A model generated the notes under the pieces. It was not told where the DNA came from. It made no database searches and saw only the letters and a list, made by a program, of their open reading frames with translations. 64,000 bases of DNA from Polyangia bacterium (lineage in GTDB: Bacteria; Myxococcota_A; Polyangia; JAAYKL01). Each line of letters begins with the position of its first letter. The first letter of the stretch is position 1. This document shows, piece by piece, positions 31,051 to 40,142 of this stretch. Both the position numbers and the translations under genes were made by a program. The stretch lies in NCBI GenBank assembly GCA_050287845.1, contig JBNKCR010000055.1, positions 160,001-224,000 on the forward strand, read 5' to 3'.

Positions 31051-32952
31051 TCAATATAATGAAATCATATCGGAAATCAGTGCATTCAGGAGCTGAATGT
31101 CCAGTGGTTTTTCGAGCACCGGGGCGTTGCTTTCGTTGAGGAATTTGGAGATTTCCACATTGGAAGCGCCACCGGTCATAAAGATGATGCGCTGGGCCAG
31201 TGGAGAGGACATTCGCTTGAGGGTTTCCGCCAGTTCAAGCCCCGACATTCCCGGCATGAACACGTCGAGCAACAGAATATCAATATTCCGATTGGCACGC
31301 ATAATATCCAGGGCTTCCTCTGCCGTTCCGGCCGCCAGAATGTCGTGTTCCTTTTCGAGGATACGCCGTGTGGAGCGGATAATTGCCGGTTCATCATCGA
31401 CGATGAGGATGGTGCCTCGCCGGTCGGGGCGGGCGCCGGCCATTTGGGATGAGCTCGGCACTCGCGTGGGAACCGGCTTGGCGACCGGAAGGGACAATGT
31501 GAGGGTGAGGTTATCTTCTTTCACCTCATAGGCAAGACCCGCTCCCGCACGGTTCACCAGCTTTGCCAGTACACCGTCTTTTTCGAGCTGGCTGAGCAGC
31601 ACGGTGGGGACATTGAATGGTCCCGCCGAAACGGCGATGGTTAGATCCACCTTTCGCTTTTCCGGAAGCAGGTTGATATTCACCAGCAATACTCTGCCCG
31701 ATGCCAGCGCGGACTCCACGAGCTCAACAAATATGAGGAACAGCGAGCGAATCAGGAAATGGCTGCGACATTTCACCAGCAGAATCTGTTCACTCACGGG
31801 CCGGATATTCACATTGATGCCCCGCTTTGCATAAAAGCGAACCGCAGCCACCACCATTTCAACAATGCGGAGCAGGTCAACGGTTTCGGTTTCCCGGGTT
31901 TCCTCCGGCGCAAAGGAGCGCAGGGCGTCGGTCAAATCTCGAATAACTTCCACCGCACGGATGGAGTCCTTGATAATCAGGTCCTTATCTGCGGGTTGGG
32001 TGTAGTGTCCCATATTTGCAGAAATCTGTTCGGTATTGTTTCGAAGAACTGTCACGGCATTGTTGATTTCGTGCGCCAATCCAGCGGAAAGCCGTCCGAG
32101 GGCGATGGTGGCCTCAATATCCGCAGCCCTCGATTGGGAATCTTCAACGGATTCGTCCATAACCGCCAGTGCCCGAACACCCAGACCGATAATTTCGCCA
32201 AGCAGACCGAGGCTCTGCAACTCTCTGGGCGCCATCACGGAATGCCCCTGAACATACAGGATCACGATTCCTTCGGGAGTGTGCGAAGCCATCAGCGGAA
32301 TCAGAATCAGTGAATAGTTGGATTGGGTGCCATCCTGCAACACGTCTTTTACAATAACATCGCCCCTGGCCAACCGCCCGATTACCGAAGACCGGAATAC
32401 GCCTTTGAGAAATTCTCTGTCGAAGGTGCCAGTGGTGGCGGTCACTGGCCAGTCCGCCACTGCGCCTCCCCATTCAATCGAAGCCGAGCAGATGGCGTTG
32501 GTGACCTCTGATATGACCACCATCGTTTCGGACAACAACTCCTTTTTATTGGAGGCTTTTCGACAGACTGCGGCAATTCGTCTGGCAACCGGGAGCAATC
32601 TGGCCGCATCTGCGATGGATGCCACATTCGGGTATGCCAGCGGGCTTGATAAATCGGCCGAAATTTCCACCATCAATTCACCGCGATCATCTGTGTTCAT
32701 GGCCAAAGCGACGGAACGGGGGACGTCATCAATCCCGAACAGGGTGGTTTTCAGCATGCTTCGCGATTGCGCCCCGGTTCGGAAGGCATCCATTTCTGCG
32801 TCAAAACGTTCATGGTGCTGGGGGAGAATATGTTCCCGGAAGGGTCTGTCCACCAGCACTTCTGTGGACAAGCCGGCGATGGCGCACGCCACGTCCGTCG
32901 CAGACAACACTACGCCGTCCATATTCATTGTGATATTCGGATTTTGTTGCAT
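31051..32952 (-). CDS. hybrid sensor: PAS/GAF-like input, HisKA, degenerate ATPase domain, REC
   Basis: H-box AGLAHEINN; no recognisable N or G boxes; REC ILIVDDE...LLDVFMPG...EKP. Confidence 0.8.
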   Translation of the reverse strand: MQQNPNITMNMDGVVLSATDVACAIAGLSTEVLVDRPFREHILPQHHERFDAEMDAFRTGAQSRSMLKTTLFGIDDVPRSVALAMNTDDRGELMVEISADLSSPLAYPNVASIADAARLLPVARRIAAVCRKASNKKELLSETMVVISEVTNAICSASIEWGGAVADWPVTATTGTFDREFLKGVFRSSVIGRLARGDVIVKDVLQDGTQSNYSLILIPLMASHTPEGIVILYVQGHSVMAPRELQSLGLLGEIIGLGVRALAVMDESVEDSQSRAADIEATIALGRLSAGLAHEINNAVTVLRNNTEQISANMGHYTQPADKDLIIKDSIRAVEVIRDLTDALRSFAPEETRETETVDLLRIVEMVVAAVRFYAKRGINVNIRPVSEQILLVKCRSHFLIRSLFLIFVELVESALASGRVLLVNINLLPEKRKVDLTIAVSAGPFNVPTVLLSQLEKDGVLAKLVNRAGAGLAYEVKEDNLTLTLSLPVAKPVPTRVPSSSQMAGARPDRRGTILIVDDEPAIIRSTRRILEKEHDILAAGTAEEALDIMRANRNIDILLLDVFMPGMSGLELAETLKRMSSPLAQRIIFMTGGASNVEISKFLNESNAPVLEKPLDIQLLNALISDMISLY

Positions 32953-33023
32953 AGTTTTCTTCTTCTGGCAAAAATTGGATGTCAATTTAGCACATGGATG
33001 TAACAGAGAATATACTAGAGTCA

Positions 33024-34688
33024 ATGCACAGAGAAAAAAAACGGTTCCGGAAGGAATGGGATATTTGTGATTGCGATGTAATTTTGTTGTGGATCGCCAA
33101 TGTTCTGTTTTCCGCAATACTCGGATGGGGCTGTTCATCCTGCGGAGGAGGGGCACGGGAATCCAGCAGGGAGGATGTACAGCCGGTTCCCCCGGTTCAG
33201 ACCAGCTCCCGGGATTCCGAAACAGAAAAGGAAAAAGCAATGAAACAGATATTTCCGGCCCAGGTTGCGGGTCAATTCTATACAGACGATGCCGTTGCGC
33301 TGAAAGCGCAGATACAGGGGTATCTCGAAGACGCTGCCAAATCTTCCAGTGTCATGAACGCACTGAAGGAACGGGATTTGGTAGGGGTTCTCAGTCCCCA
33401 TGCCGGATATGTGTACTCGGGGCCGGTGGCCGGATATGCTTACGCTGCCGCCGCTGTCCGGGCATCGCAATACAGACGGGTCGTCGTGATGGCGCTCAGT
33501 CATCGTCGCGCTGCGCCAACCATCAGCCTGCTGGATATGGATGGCTACGCAACGCCTCTTGGGACCATTCAAATTGAGCGCGACACGGTACAGAAGCTTG
33601 TCAGAGAAAACCCCGAACTGTTCCGGGCAGATTCAGATATGTTTGCTCAGGAGCATTCCCTGGAAGTGCAGCTGCCGTTTATTCAGGTGGCGCTGCCCCA
33701 TGTAAAAATGATTCCGATGATTGTGGCAACCTTTGACGACGACCTTCTAACGAGGGCCGGAACGGTGCTTTTTGACACGTTTGGCGAACATCCCGATACG
33801 TTGTTTGTGGTGTCCTCAGATCTTTCTCATTTCTTTCCGTACGAAGAGGCCCGAATATACGATGATAAAAGTCTGTCACTTATTGAGTCATGGGATATTG
33901 CGCACTGGTTGCCTCATGCGGCGCAGTCTCGCAAGGGAATGTGCGGGGTGAAGCCGATGTATACCTTTGCCCGGATGTTTGATAACTATGATTCGGAGTT
34001 ACGTCAGGTCAGTCGACTGAAATATCTGAACAGTGGCGATACTGCCGGAGATCGAAGCCAGGTGGTCGGGTATGGCGCGCTGGCGTTCAGCCTGAAAAAA
34101 GGCATACGTACCGGGAAGTCGTCTGAGACGAAGTATGGACCGTACACCCCGGAAATTCGGAAGGAATTGATGAAACTGGCCAGAGCCAGTGTCCGCGCTG
34201 CTGCGCGGGGCGAGACGGTGCGAATGGCAGAACCCGAATCAGCCATATTGGCACAGAGCGGCGCCGCTTTCGTGACGCTGAAAAAAAATGGTCAGCTTCG
34301 GGGATGCATTGGCCATGTCGTCGCCAGAATGCCGCTATATCAGTGTATTGAAGAAGTCGCCCGCGCGGCGGCCATCCGGGATCCCCGGTTCAATCCCGTA
34401 ACACCTGCGGAGCTGGACGGTCTGTCATATGAAATATCAATCCTGACCAGACCAGAGCCCATCCGTGCTGAAGATGTCGTGGTCGGACGGGATGGTCTCA
34501 TCATCAGTCGGGGTGGCTATTCGGGATTGCTCCTGCCGCAGGTGCCCATCGAATGGAACTGGGATCGCGAGGAATTTTTGTCTCACACCTGTCGCAAGGC
34601 TGGCCTCCCCATGGATTGCTGGCACGACAGTGACACCCGGATTGAAGCGTTTCGAGCCATTGTGTTTGGCGAAGATGAGTTGGACTGA
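33024..34688 (+). CDS. fused AmmeMemoRadiSam protein B (Memo) and protein A (AMMECR1)
   Basis: PAQVAGQFY, PHAGYVYSG, EHSLEVQLPFIQ, SSDLSH, MCG; then AFVTLKK..QLRGCIG, DPRF, GLLLPQV, CRKAG; start 32994 or 33024. Confidence 0.92.
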   Translation: MHREKKRFRKEWDICDCDVILLWIANVLFSAILGWGCSSCGGGARESSREDVQPVPPVQTSSRDSETEKEKAMKQIFPAQVAGQFYTDDAVALKAQIQGYLEDAAKSSSVMNALKERDLVGVLSPHAGYVYSGPVAGYAYAAAAVRASQYRRVVVMALSHRRAAPTISLLDMDGYATPLGTIQIERDTVQKLVRENPELFRADSDMFAQEHSLEVQLPFIQVALPHVKMIPMIVATFDDDLLTRAGTVLFDTFGEHPDTLFVVSSDLSHFFPYEEARIYDDKSLSLIESWDIAHWLPHAAQSRKGMCGVKPMYTFARMFDNYDSELRQVSRLKYLNSGDTAGDRSQVVGYGALAFSLKKGIRTGKSSETKYGPYTPEIRKELMKLARASVRAAARGETVRMAEPESAILAQSGAAFVTLKKNGQLRGCIGHVVARMPLYQCIEEVARAAAIRDPRFNPVTPAELDGLSYEISILTRPEPIRAEDVVVGRDGLIISRGGYSGLLLPQVPIEWNWDREEFLSHTCRKAGLPMDCWHDSDTRIEAFRAIVFGEDELD

Positions 34689-34814
34689 ACGTGACATACG
34701 GCCTACCTGGGGTGTTGAATACCCGGAATAGGTGCATCGAGACGGGACACCACCGTGCCGTCAGTCTGTTGACATCAATGCCGGTAATTTTGACGCAGGT
34801 GCGAGAGGAAGGCG

Positions 34815-35807
34815 TCAGCCGACGTTGGAGAGATTGTCGGAAAGACCGCGTTTGATTTTTTCCACAAGTGTGGTTCGGTTCAGACCGAGAAGTGAGGCTG
34901 CCTGGTTTTTGTTGCCATCGGTGTAATCGAGGGCTGCCTGAATATAATGGGCTTCAATGCTGCGCAGGGTGTTTTGAAGATTGAGCCCTTCGTCGGTCAG
35001 CGGACGGATGAAATCAATCATTGCCTCGGCATTCTCTTCATCAAAGAATGGCAGATCCTCCACTTCAATTTCTTCTCCCATGCCAATCAGCACTGCGTGT
35101 TCCATGGCATTTTCGAGTTCGCGGATATTTCCCGGCCAATTATGAGCGGTAACCCGTTTCAGGGCTGTGGCGCTCAGGGCCAGCAGCGGTTTGCTATACC
35201 GATGCGCCGCTTTTCGGATGAAATGATCGCAGAGAGATTCGATGTCGCCAGGGCGATCTTTGAGTGCGGGAAGTTTGAGTTGAATGACATTTAGACGATA
35301 GTAGAGATCCTGCCGGAAGGAACCCTCATTGGCCGATTGCAGGAGATTTGCGTTGGTGGCGGCAATGATCCGGACATCCACGTGTCGCACCCGGGATTCC
35401 CCAACCGCCGAAAATTCTTTGAATTGGAGGACCCGAAGCAGTTTTCCCTGCAAGTCGAGTGGCAGTTCGCCAATTTCATCAAGAAAAATGGTGCCGCCGT
35501 CGGCGATCTGAAATCTGCCTTCGCGGTTCCGCATCGCACTGGTAAAAGCCCCCTGAACATGTCCAAACAATTCGCTCTCCAGTAAATCTTTTGACAAAGC
35601 TGCGCAATTGACCGCAACAAACGGTTTGTCCCTCCGGTTGCTGTTCATATGCAGTCCCCTCGCCAGCAATTCCTTCCCCGTCCCCGTTTCCCCTGTGATC
35701 AGAACCGTGCAGTCGGTTGGTGCAACCTGCTTCGCCTTTTTGAGCACTGATAGAAGTACAGATGAGTTTCCAATTATCTCCGAGCTGAATTCGTTCTGGG
35801 TGGTCAT
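34815..35807 (-). CDS. sigma54 activator lacking an N-terminal regulatory domain (FleQ/FlrA-like HTH)
   Basis: [47 protein letters not shown]. Confidence 0.9.
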   Translation of the reverse strand: MTTQNEFSSEIIGNSSVLLSVLKKAKQVAPTDCTVLITGETGTGKELLARGLHMNSNRRDKPFVAVNCAALSKDLLESELFGHVQGAFTSAMRNREGRFQIADGGTIFLDEIGELPLDLQGKLLRVLQFKEFSAVGESRVRHVDVRIIAATNANLLQSANEGSFRQDLYYRLNVIQLKLPALKDRPGDIESLCDHFIRKAAHRYSKPLLALSATALKRVTAHNWPGNIRELENAMEHAVLIGMGEEIEVEDLPFFDEENAEAMIDFIRPLTDEGLNLQNTLRSIEAHYIQAALDYTDGNKNQAASLLGLNRTTLVEKIKRGLSDNLSNVG

Positions 35808-35862
35808 GTGGTATTCCTCCAAAAATAGTTCGTGCGACGGCAACACACGTCTGATAAACCCT

Positions 35863-35878
35863 TGCAGGATTGATGCCG
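35863..35878 (-). promoter_or_regulatory. possible sigma54 promoter for the stand-alone activator
   Basis: Minus strand CGGCAT-CAATC-CTGCA with GG-N10-GC spacing, 55 bp upstream of the start. Confidence 0.4.
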
Positions 35879-36273
35879 GAAGTGCTCGTGTGTTCATATG
35901 GTAAAAGTGTGAAAATAGTGGATTCGCTAGTGGCCTCTTAAAAAAACTGCATAAATTCAATGGGTTAAGTGATTCAGCAGGCGCTTCCGACTAGTCGGTT
36001 GTTCAGCGCAATTGGGGCTTTTTTTTTAATATTGATGGAAAATATTTAAAAAAGCGGCACTCACCCAGGTATGGTTTTACCCGCCAATATCCCGCTTTCA
36101 AATCATGAAAACGCGCTCGATTCTCACGCAATCCCCGGAAAAGATGGAAAAAGGTGCGTGGAAATCACGCCTGCGACTCCCTGGCGATTGGGAAAGCCAG
36201 ATATTCCCTGAACGTCAAATTCCTCTCATGTGTGAAACTGACGCTTAGGTAGGATTTGACTCGCTGTTGTCGG

Positions 36274-37662
36274 TTATGATTTATAGTCGGATTTCAGATC
36301 AACGGCTTTCATCTGATGCGCCAGTGCATGACGGGACAGGCCCAGCAGCCGCGCGGCTTCCTGCTTTGTATGCCCCCGTCGGAGCGCCTCTTCGATGAGC
36401 ATGCGGGTGACCGATCGGGTGACATCGTGGAGTGTTTCATTTTCGGGGAAAGAGACAGTGATATGCCAGCTTTTTTCATCTGTTTCGGATAGCGGCAGAT
36501 CGCCCCCCTCGATTTGAAGTTCGTGCCCCAGTATCAGGGTCCGTTCCAGCACATTGCGCAATTCTCTGATATTGCCCGGCCAGTGATAATGCATCAGACG
36601 ATCGGCAGCGGACCTGGCCAACGACGGTCGGTGGGAGAGTCCCAGATCGGATGCAAGGGTCTCCAGAATTTCCTTTGCCAGGGGGACGATGTCACCTTTC
36701 CGTTCCCGAAGCGGAGGAAGGTGAATGGGGAGCAGATTGATTCGGTAATACAGTTCTTCAAGGAATTGGCCTTCTGCCAGCATCTTGTCCAGAGAAGAAC
36801 GACAGCTGATGAGGATGCGGGTATCCAGGGGAATCAGTTCCTCACCGCCAACACGCAGGATGGCTTTGGTTTCAAGATAACTGAGAATGCGCGCCTGGAG
36901 GGGCAACGCCATACTCTCCACTTCGTTTATCAGCAGTGACCCGCTGTCTGCCAGTTCCAGAAGACCTTTTTTCCGGCTATGATTGTTTTCAGCGACTCCC
37001 GGCTCATGGCCGAACAGCTCCAGTTCCGCCGCCTGGGGGGTCAACGCCGCGAGGTTGATGGAAAAAAACGGGCCTTTTCCGCGATTGGAGTGGCTGTGAA
37101 TCCAACGGGCCAAATGCTCCTTGCCAACGCCGTTTTCCCCCATGAGGAGCACGGGGCTCTTTTGCCCGGCCGCCCGTTCGGCATGGGCGAACGCGTTTTT
37201 CATGACCACACTTTTCGCCCGGGCATTTCCGGCTGGCGACGCCGGGACAATGGAATGGGTGTTGGACGACCGGAGCATCTGAATTTCTTCGTTCAGATGC
37301 TTCTTGTTCAGCGCATTGTCCACCGCCAGCAGCACTTCTTCGGTTTCACACGGCTTCGACAGGTAGTCCACCGCGCCCCGTTGAGCGCTCAGTACCGCAC
37401 TTTTTATGGAAGCGTGTCCGGTGATGATGATGAACTGCGAGGTGGTGTCATTCTTTTTCAACTCCGCCACGAGTTCGATGCCGTCGGCATCCGGGAGGTT
37501 TTTATCCATAAGGATGACATCAGGGCAGAATTTCACCATGGCATCCCGGGCGTCGCCGGCGTTATACACCACTCTGGTCCTGTATCCGAACCTGGTGAGG
37601 AGCGTATCGAGAAATCGGGCGTATTCCTTCTGGTCATCAACAATAAGAACGGTTCCCTTCAA
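36274..37662 (-). CDS. NtrC-like response regulator with degenerate AAA+ (no GAFTGA)
   Basis: REC (VDD, MDKNLP, SKP), GENGVGKE, GAFTGA position reads GVAENN, Walker B reads INEVE, HTH; likely TTG start after GGGGAG. Confidence 0.85.
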   Translation of the reverse strand: MKGTVLIVDDQKEYARFLDTLLTRFGYRTRVVYNAGDARDAMVKFCPDVILMDKNLPDADGIELVAELKKNDTTSQFIIITGHASIKSAVLSAQRGAVDYLSKPCETEEVLLAVDNALNKKHLNEEIQMLRSSNTHSIVPASPAGNARAKSVVMKNAFAHAERAAGQKSPVLLMGENGVGKEHLARWIHSHSNRGKGPFFSINLAALTPQAAELELFGHEPGVAENNHSRKKGLLELADSGSLLINEVESMALPLQARILSYLETKAILRVGGEELIPLDTRILISCRSSLDKMLAEGQFLEELYYRINLLPIHLPPLRERKGDIVPLAKEILETLASDLGLSHRPSLARSAADRLMHYHWPGNIRELRNVLERTLILGHELQIEGGDLPLSETDEKSWHITVSFPENETLHDVTRSVTRMLIEEALRRGHTKQEAARLLGLSRHALAHQMKAVDLKSDYKS

Positions 37663-37800
37663 TTTGAGTTCTCCCCGGTTGGTGATTTGTTTTTCAATGT
37701 TAAATGGAAACAACGTCGCATGCGGCGATAATTTAAGACGTAAAAAATCCATCTCTCGCTGCATCAATTCAGTACACTTTGAGTATACCTATTGAAAATA

Positions 37801-37862
37801 GCGTCCTCGAAGGAGGGAATCCAGTTTGTTCTTCTGGTTCCCCGCCTGACTTCGCGGAAATT
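37801..37862. repeat. degenerate REP-like hairpin
   Basis: GAAGGAGGGAATCCAG-9nt-CTGGTTCCCCGCC, resembling the GCGAAGGCGGGAATCCAG...CTGGATTCCCGCC REP class. Confidence 0.45.
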
Positions 37863-37877
37863 GGGTTACTCAGGTTT

Positions 37878-38061
37878 CTAGAGCGGCGATCGGTTTGGTT
37901 CCGCCAGCGAAATCGCGGGAATACGAGCAGCTTTGCTGCGCGCCCACAAGGCCCGACCGAGGTGTAGCCATAGCTACATCGACCGAGGGACTGAGGACGA
38001 AAGCGCAAAGATGCCGAATTACTGCGATTGCAGTAAGGAGTCAAACCGGTCGCCGCTCTAG
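37878..38061. mobile_element. MITE-like element (184 bp) with 25-bp terminal inverted repeats
   Basis: CTAGAGCGGCGATCGGTTTGGTTCC ... GGAGTCAAACCGGTCGCCGCTCTAG (22/25); internal hairpins GGTGTAGC-CATA-GCTACATC and TTACTGC-GATT-GCAGTAA; no ORF. Confidence 0.7.
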
Positions 38062-38105
38062 CTGAGTGATCTGCGTCAATGCTCCCTTATTTAGAGATGA
38101 AAGAG

Positions 38106-38501
38106 TTAACTCTCTCGGGGTGTTTCATCGCCAAGGAGGATTCTGAGGTAGTGTTCGAGGTCCTGGGTATTGATGGGTTTGGGCATCACGTATTCAATAC
38201 CTTCTTCCATCAGTTTGGCAGTGGCTTTAACGCCAAGATAGGCAGATTGGACGATAATGGGGATATTTCGAAATCTGGAATCTTCGTTGATTTTTCGGAT
38301 CAACTGATATCCGTCCATTTCCGGCATCATCAGGTCGGTGACAATGACTTTGATGTCATCGGGATTCTCTTCCAGAAATTCAAAAGCGGTTTTGCCGTTT
38401 CCCGCCTTGATGGGAACGTGCCCCAGCTTTTTGATCGTTTCCGATATAAGCAGTCTCGATACGACATCATCTTCTGCAACCAGTACTAAGGACATATGCA
38501 T
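38106..38501 (-). CDS. single-domain response regulator (CheY-like)
   Basis: VAEDD, TDLMMPEMDG, QSA, PKP. Confidence 0.9.
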   Translation of the reverse strand: MHMSLVLVAEDDVVSRLLISETIKKLGHVPIKAGNGKTAFEFLEENPDDIKVIVTDLMMPEMDGYQLIRKINEDSRFRNIPIIVQSAYLGVKATAKLMEEGIEYVMPKPINTQDLEHYLRILLGDETPRES

Positions 38502-38691
38502 CCCCCCTTTTTTTAAGTTGCACCAACCTTAAAAACCGATGGCCGCCGTCGCTGTGTTCAAAACACGTTATCCCGGTTCGGCTCCGACTCCTGTCGTTCC
38601 TCTGAACTCGTCAACAGTTCTCAAACCTGATTTCATCCCGCTTCCGGAAACAGATCAGTTTTGAGTTGAACTCTGGAACGAACATTTAATT

Positions 38692-38718
38692 CTATCGGCG
38701 TAACCGGATAAAAATAAA
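38692..38718 (-). promoter_or_regulatory. possible sigma28-type promoter for the CheY-like gene
   Basis: Minus strand TTTATTTT-N11-GCCGATAG; good -10 match, weak -35. Confidence 0.3.
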
Positions 38719-38769
38719 TACTAAAAATAAAAATTTAAATCGGATCAAAGCTTAACCTAATTCTGCAAA

Positions 38770-39621
38770 TTGACGTTTAAAGATACTGACAACGAGTGGA
38801 TTTCAGTTATGCAGCAAAAAATTTTTGATCGATTTCGAACCATCGCCTATGAAAAAGCGGGTATCAGCCTTGGTGAGCAGAAAAAAGAACTGGTGGCCGC
38901 CCGAGTTGCCAAAAGGCAGCGGGCACTGTGCATTCCGGATGTTGCAGATTACCTTGAGTACCTAGAGACATCGTCAAATGGTCAGGAAATTGTTCATTTC
39001 CTCGACGCTATCTCCACCAATTTCACTCATTTCATGCGCGAAAAGAGTCATTTTGAATTGCTCGCCAGTGAACTGCGGCGGTGGAAAAGTCAGGGGTACA
39101 GTCGATTGCGTATCTGGTGCGCGGCGTCATCCAGTGGCGAGGAACCGTATAGTCTGGCGATTACGGTGTGCGAGGCGTTGGGCACCCCGCTACCCGATGT
39201 GAAAATTCTCGCCACGGATATAAATACGACTGTGTTGAACAAAGCGGCGAATGGTGAATACAGCGGCCAGTCCCTGGAAGTGCTGTCCCGGGCGCAGCGA
39301 ACAACCTATTTTGATCTGCTTACTCCCAGAGGGGCACTGGAACCACGATTTAAAGTAAAACAATCGATTCGTGAATTGCTGGTTTTCAAGAGATTGAATC
39401 TGGCGCAGCCGCCGTTTCCCATGACTGGGCCGATGGATTATATCTTCTGCAGAAACGTGATGATTTACTTCGACAGGGCAGTGCGGCAACGTTTGATTTC
39501 GGACGCGGAACGTCTGCTTGCCCCGGGCGGCCTGCTGGTAATTGGTCATTCGGAAACACTTACTGGAGTGAACACGGCACTGAAGATAGTGAGACCGTCG
39601 GTGTATAGAAAGGTGAACTGA
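38770..39621 (+). CDS. cheR: chemotaxis methyltransferase CheR
   Basis: ISTNFTHFMRE, RIWCAASSSGEEPYSLA, ATDI, IFCRNVMIYFD, IGHSE. Confidence 0.95.
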   Translation: MTFKDTDNEWISVMQQKIFDRFRTIAYEKAGISLGEQKKELVAARVAKRQRALCIPDVADYLEYLETSSNGQEIVHFLDAISTNFTHFMREKSHFELLASELRRWKSQGYSRLRIWCAASSSGEEPYSLAITVCEALGTPLPDVKILATDINTTVLNKAANGEYSGQSLEVLSRAQRTTYFDLLTPRGALEPRFKVKQSIRELLVFKRLNLAQPPFPMTGPMDYIFCRNVMIYFDRAVRQRLISDAERLLAPGGLLVIGHSETLTGVNTALKIVRPSVYRKVN

Positions 39622-39659
39622 TGGTGTTGGCAACATCCGGTATAGGGCCAGGCAATGCA

Positions 39660-40142
39660 ATGGAAAAGTTGATTACAGTCAATATTGCCGACCTGAAAGT
39701 ATCCAATGAGCATGACAGCGTGCTGGTCACCTATGCGCTGGGATCCTGCATTGCGGTGATTCTGTACGATCCGATGCAGCGCTGCGGCGGCATGATACAT
39801 TATATGTTACCTTTATCTGGTAAGTCGCCGGAAAAAGCCGCTGCCAATCCGGCCATGTTTGCCGATACCGGTATCCCTCTGCTGTTTGAAAAAATGTTTG
39901 CCATGGGATGCCGGAAAGAAGATATCATTGTGAAGGTGACAGGGGGCGGACAGCTTTATGATGACAAGGGAACTTTCAATATTGGCAAGCGGAATTACAC
40001 GATAATGCGGAAAATGTTCTGGAAAAATAATATCATTATTGCCGCTGAAGATGTGGGCGGCGCCAAATCCAGAACAGCGAAGCTGCGAATAGCGGATGGC
40101 AGGGTGACCATAAAAATTAAAGGCGTGGAGGAAGTTCTATGA
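39660..40142 (+). CDS. cheD: chemoreceptor glutamine deamidase CheD
   Basis: TYALGSCIAV (catalytic Cys), GMIHYMLP, FADTG, NIGKRN, EDVGG. Confidence 0.93.
   Translation: MEKLITVNIADLKVSNEHDSVLVTYALGSCIAVILYDPMQRCGGMIHYMLPLSGKSPEKAAANPAMFADTGIPLLFEKMFAMGCRKEDIIVKVTGGGQLYDDKGTFNIGKRNYTIMRKMFWKNNIIIAAEDVGGAKSRTAKLRIADGRVTIKIKGVEEVL

Noticed and set aside
32953..33240. Upstream extension of the degenerate hybrid kinase
   Set aside because: It overlaps the divergent Memo-AMMECR1 gene; the likely start is 32952.
36205..36265. GTCAAA/TTGAC half-sites as FleQ-like enhancer boxes
   Set aside because: Spacing is inconsistent and the matches are too short to support.
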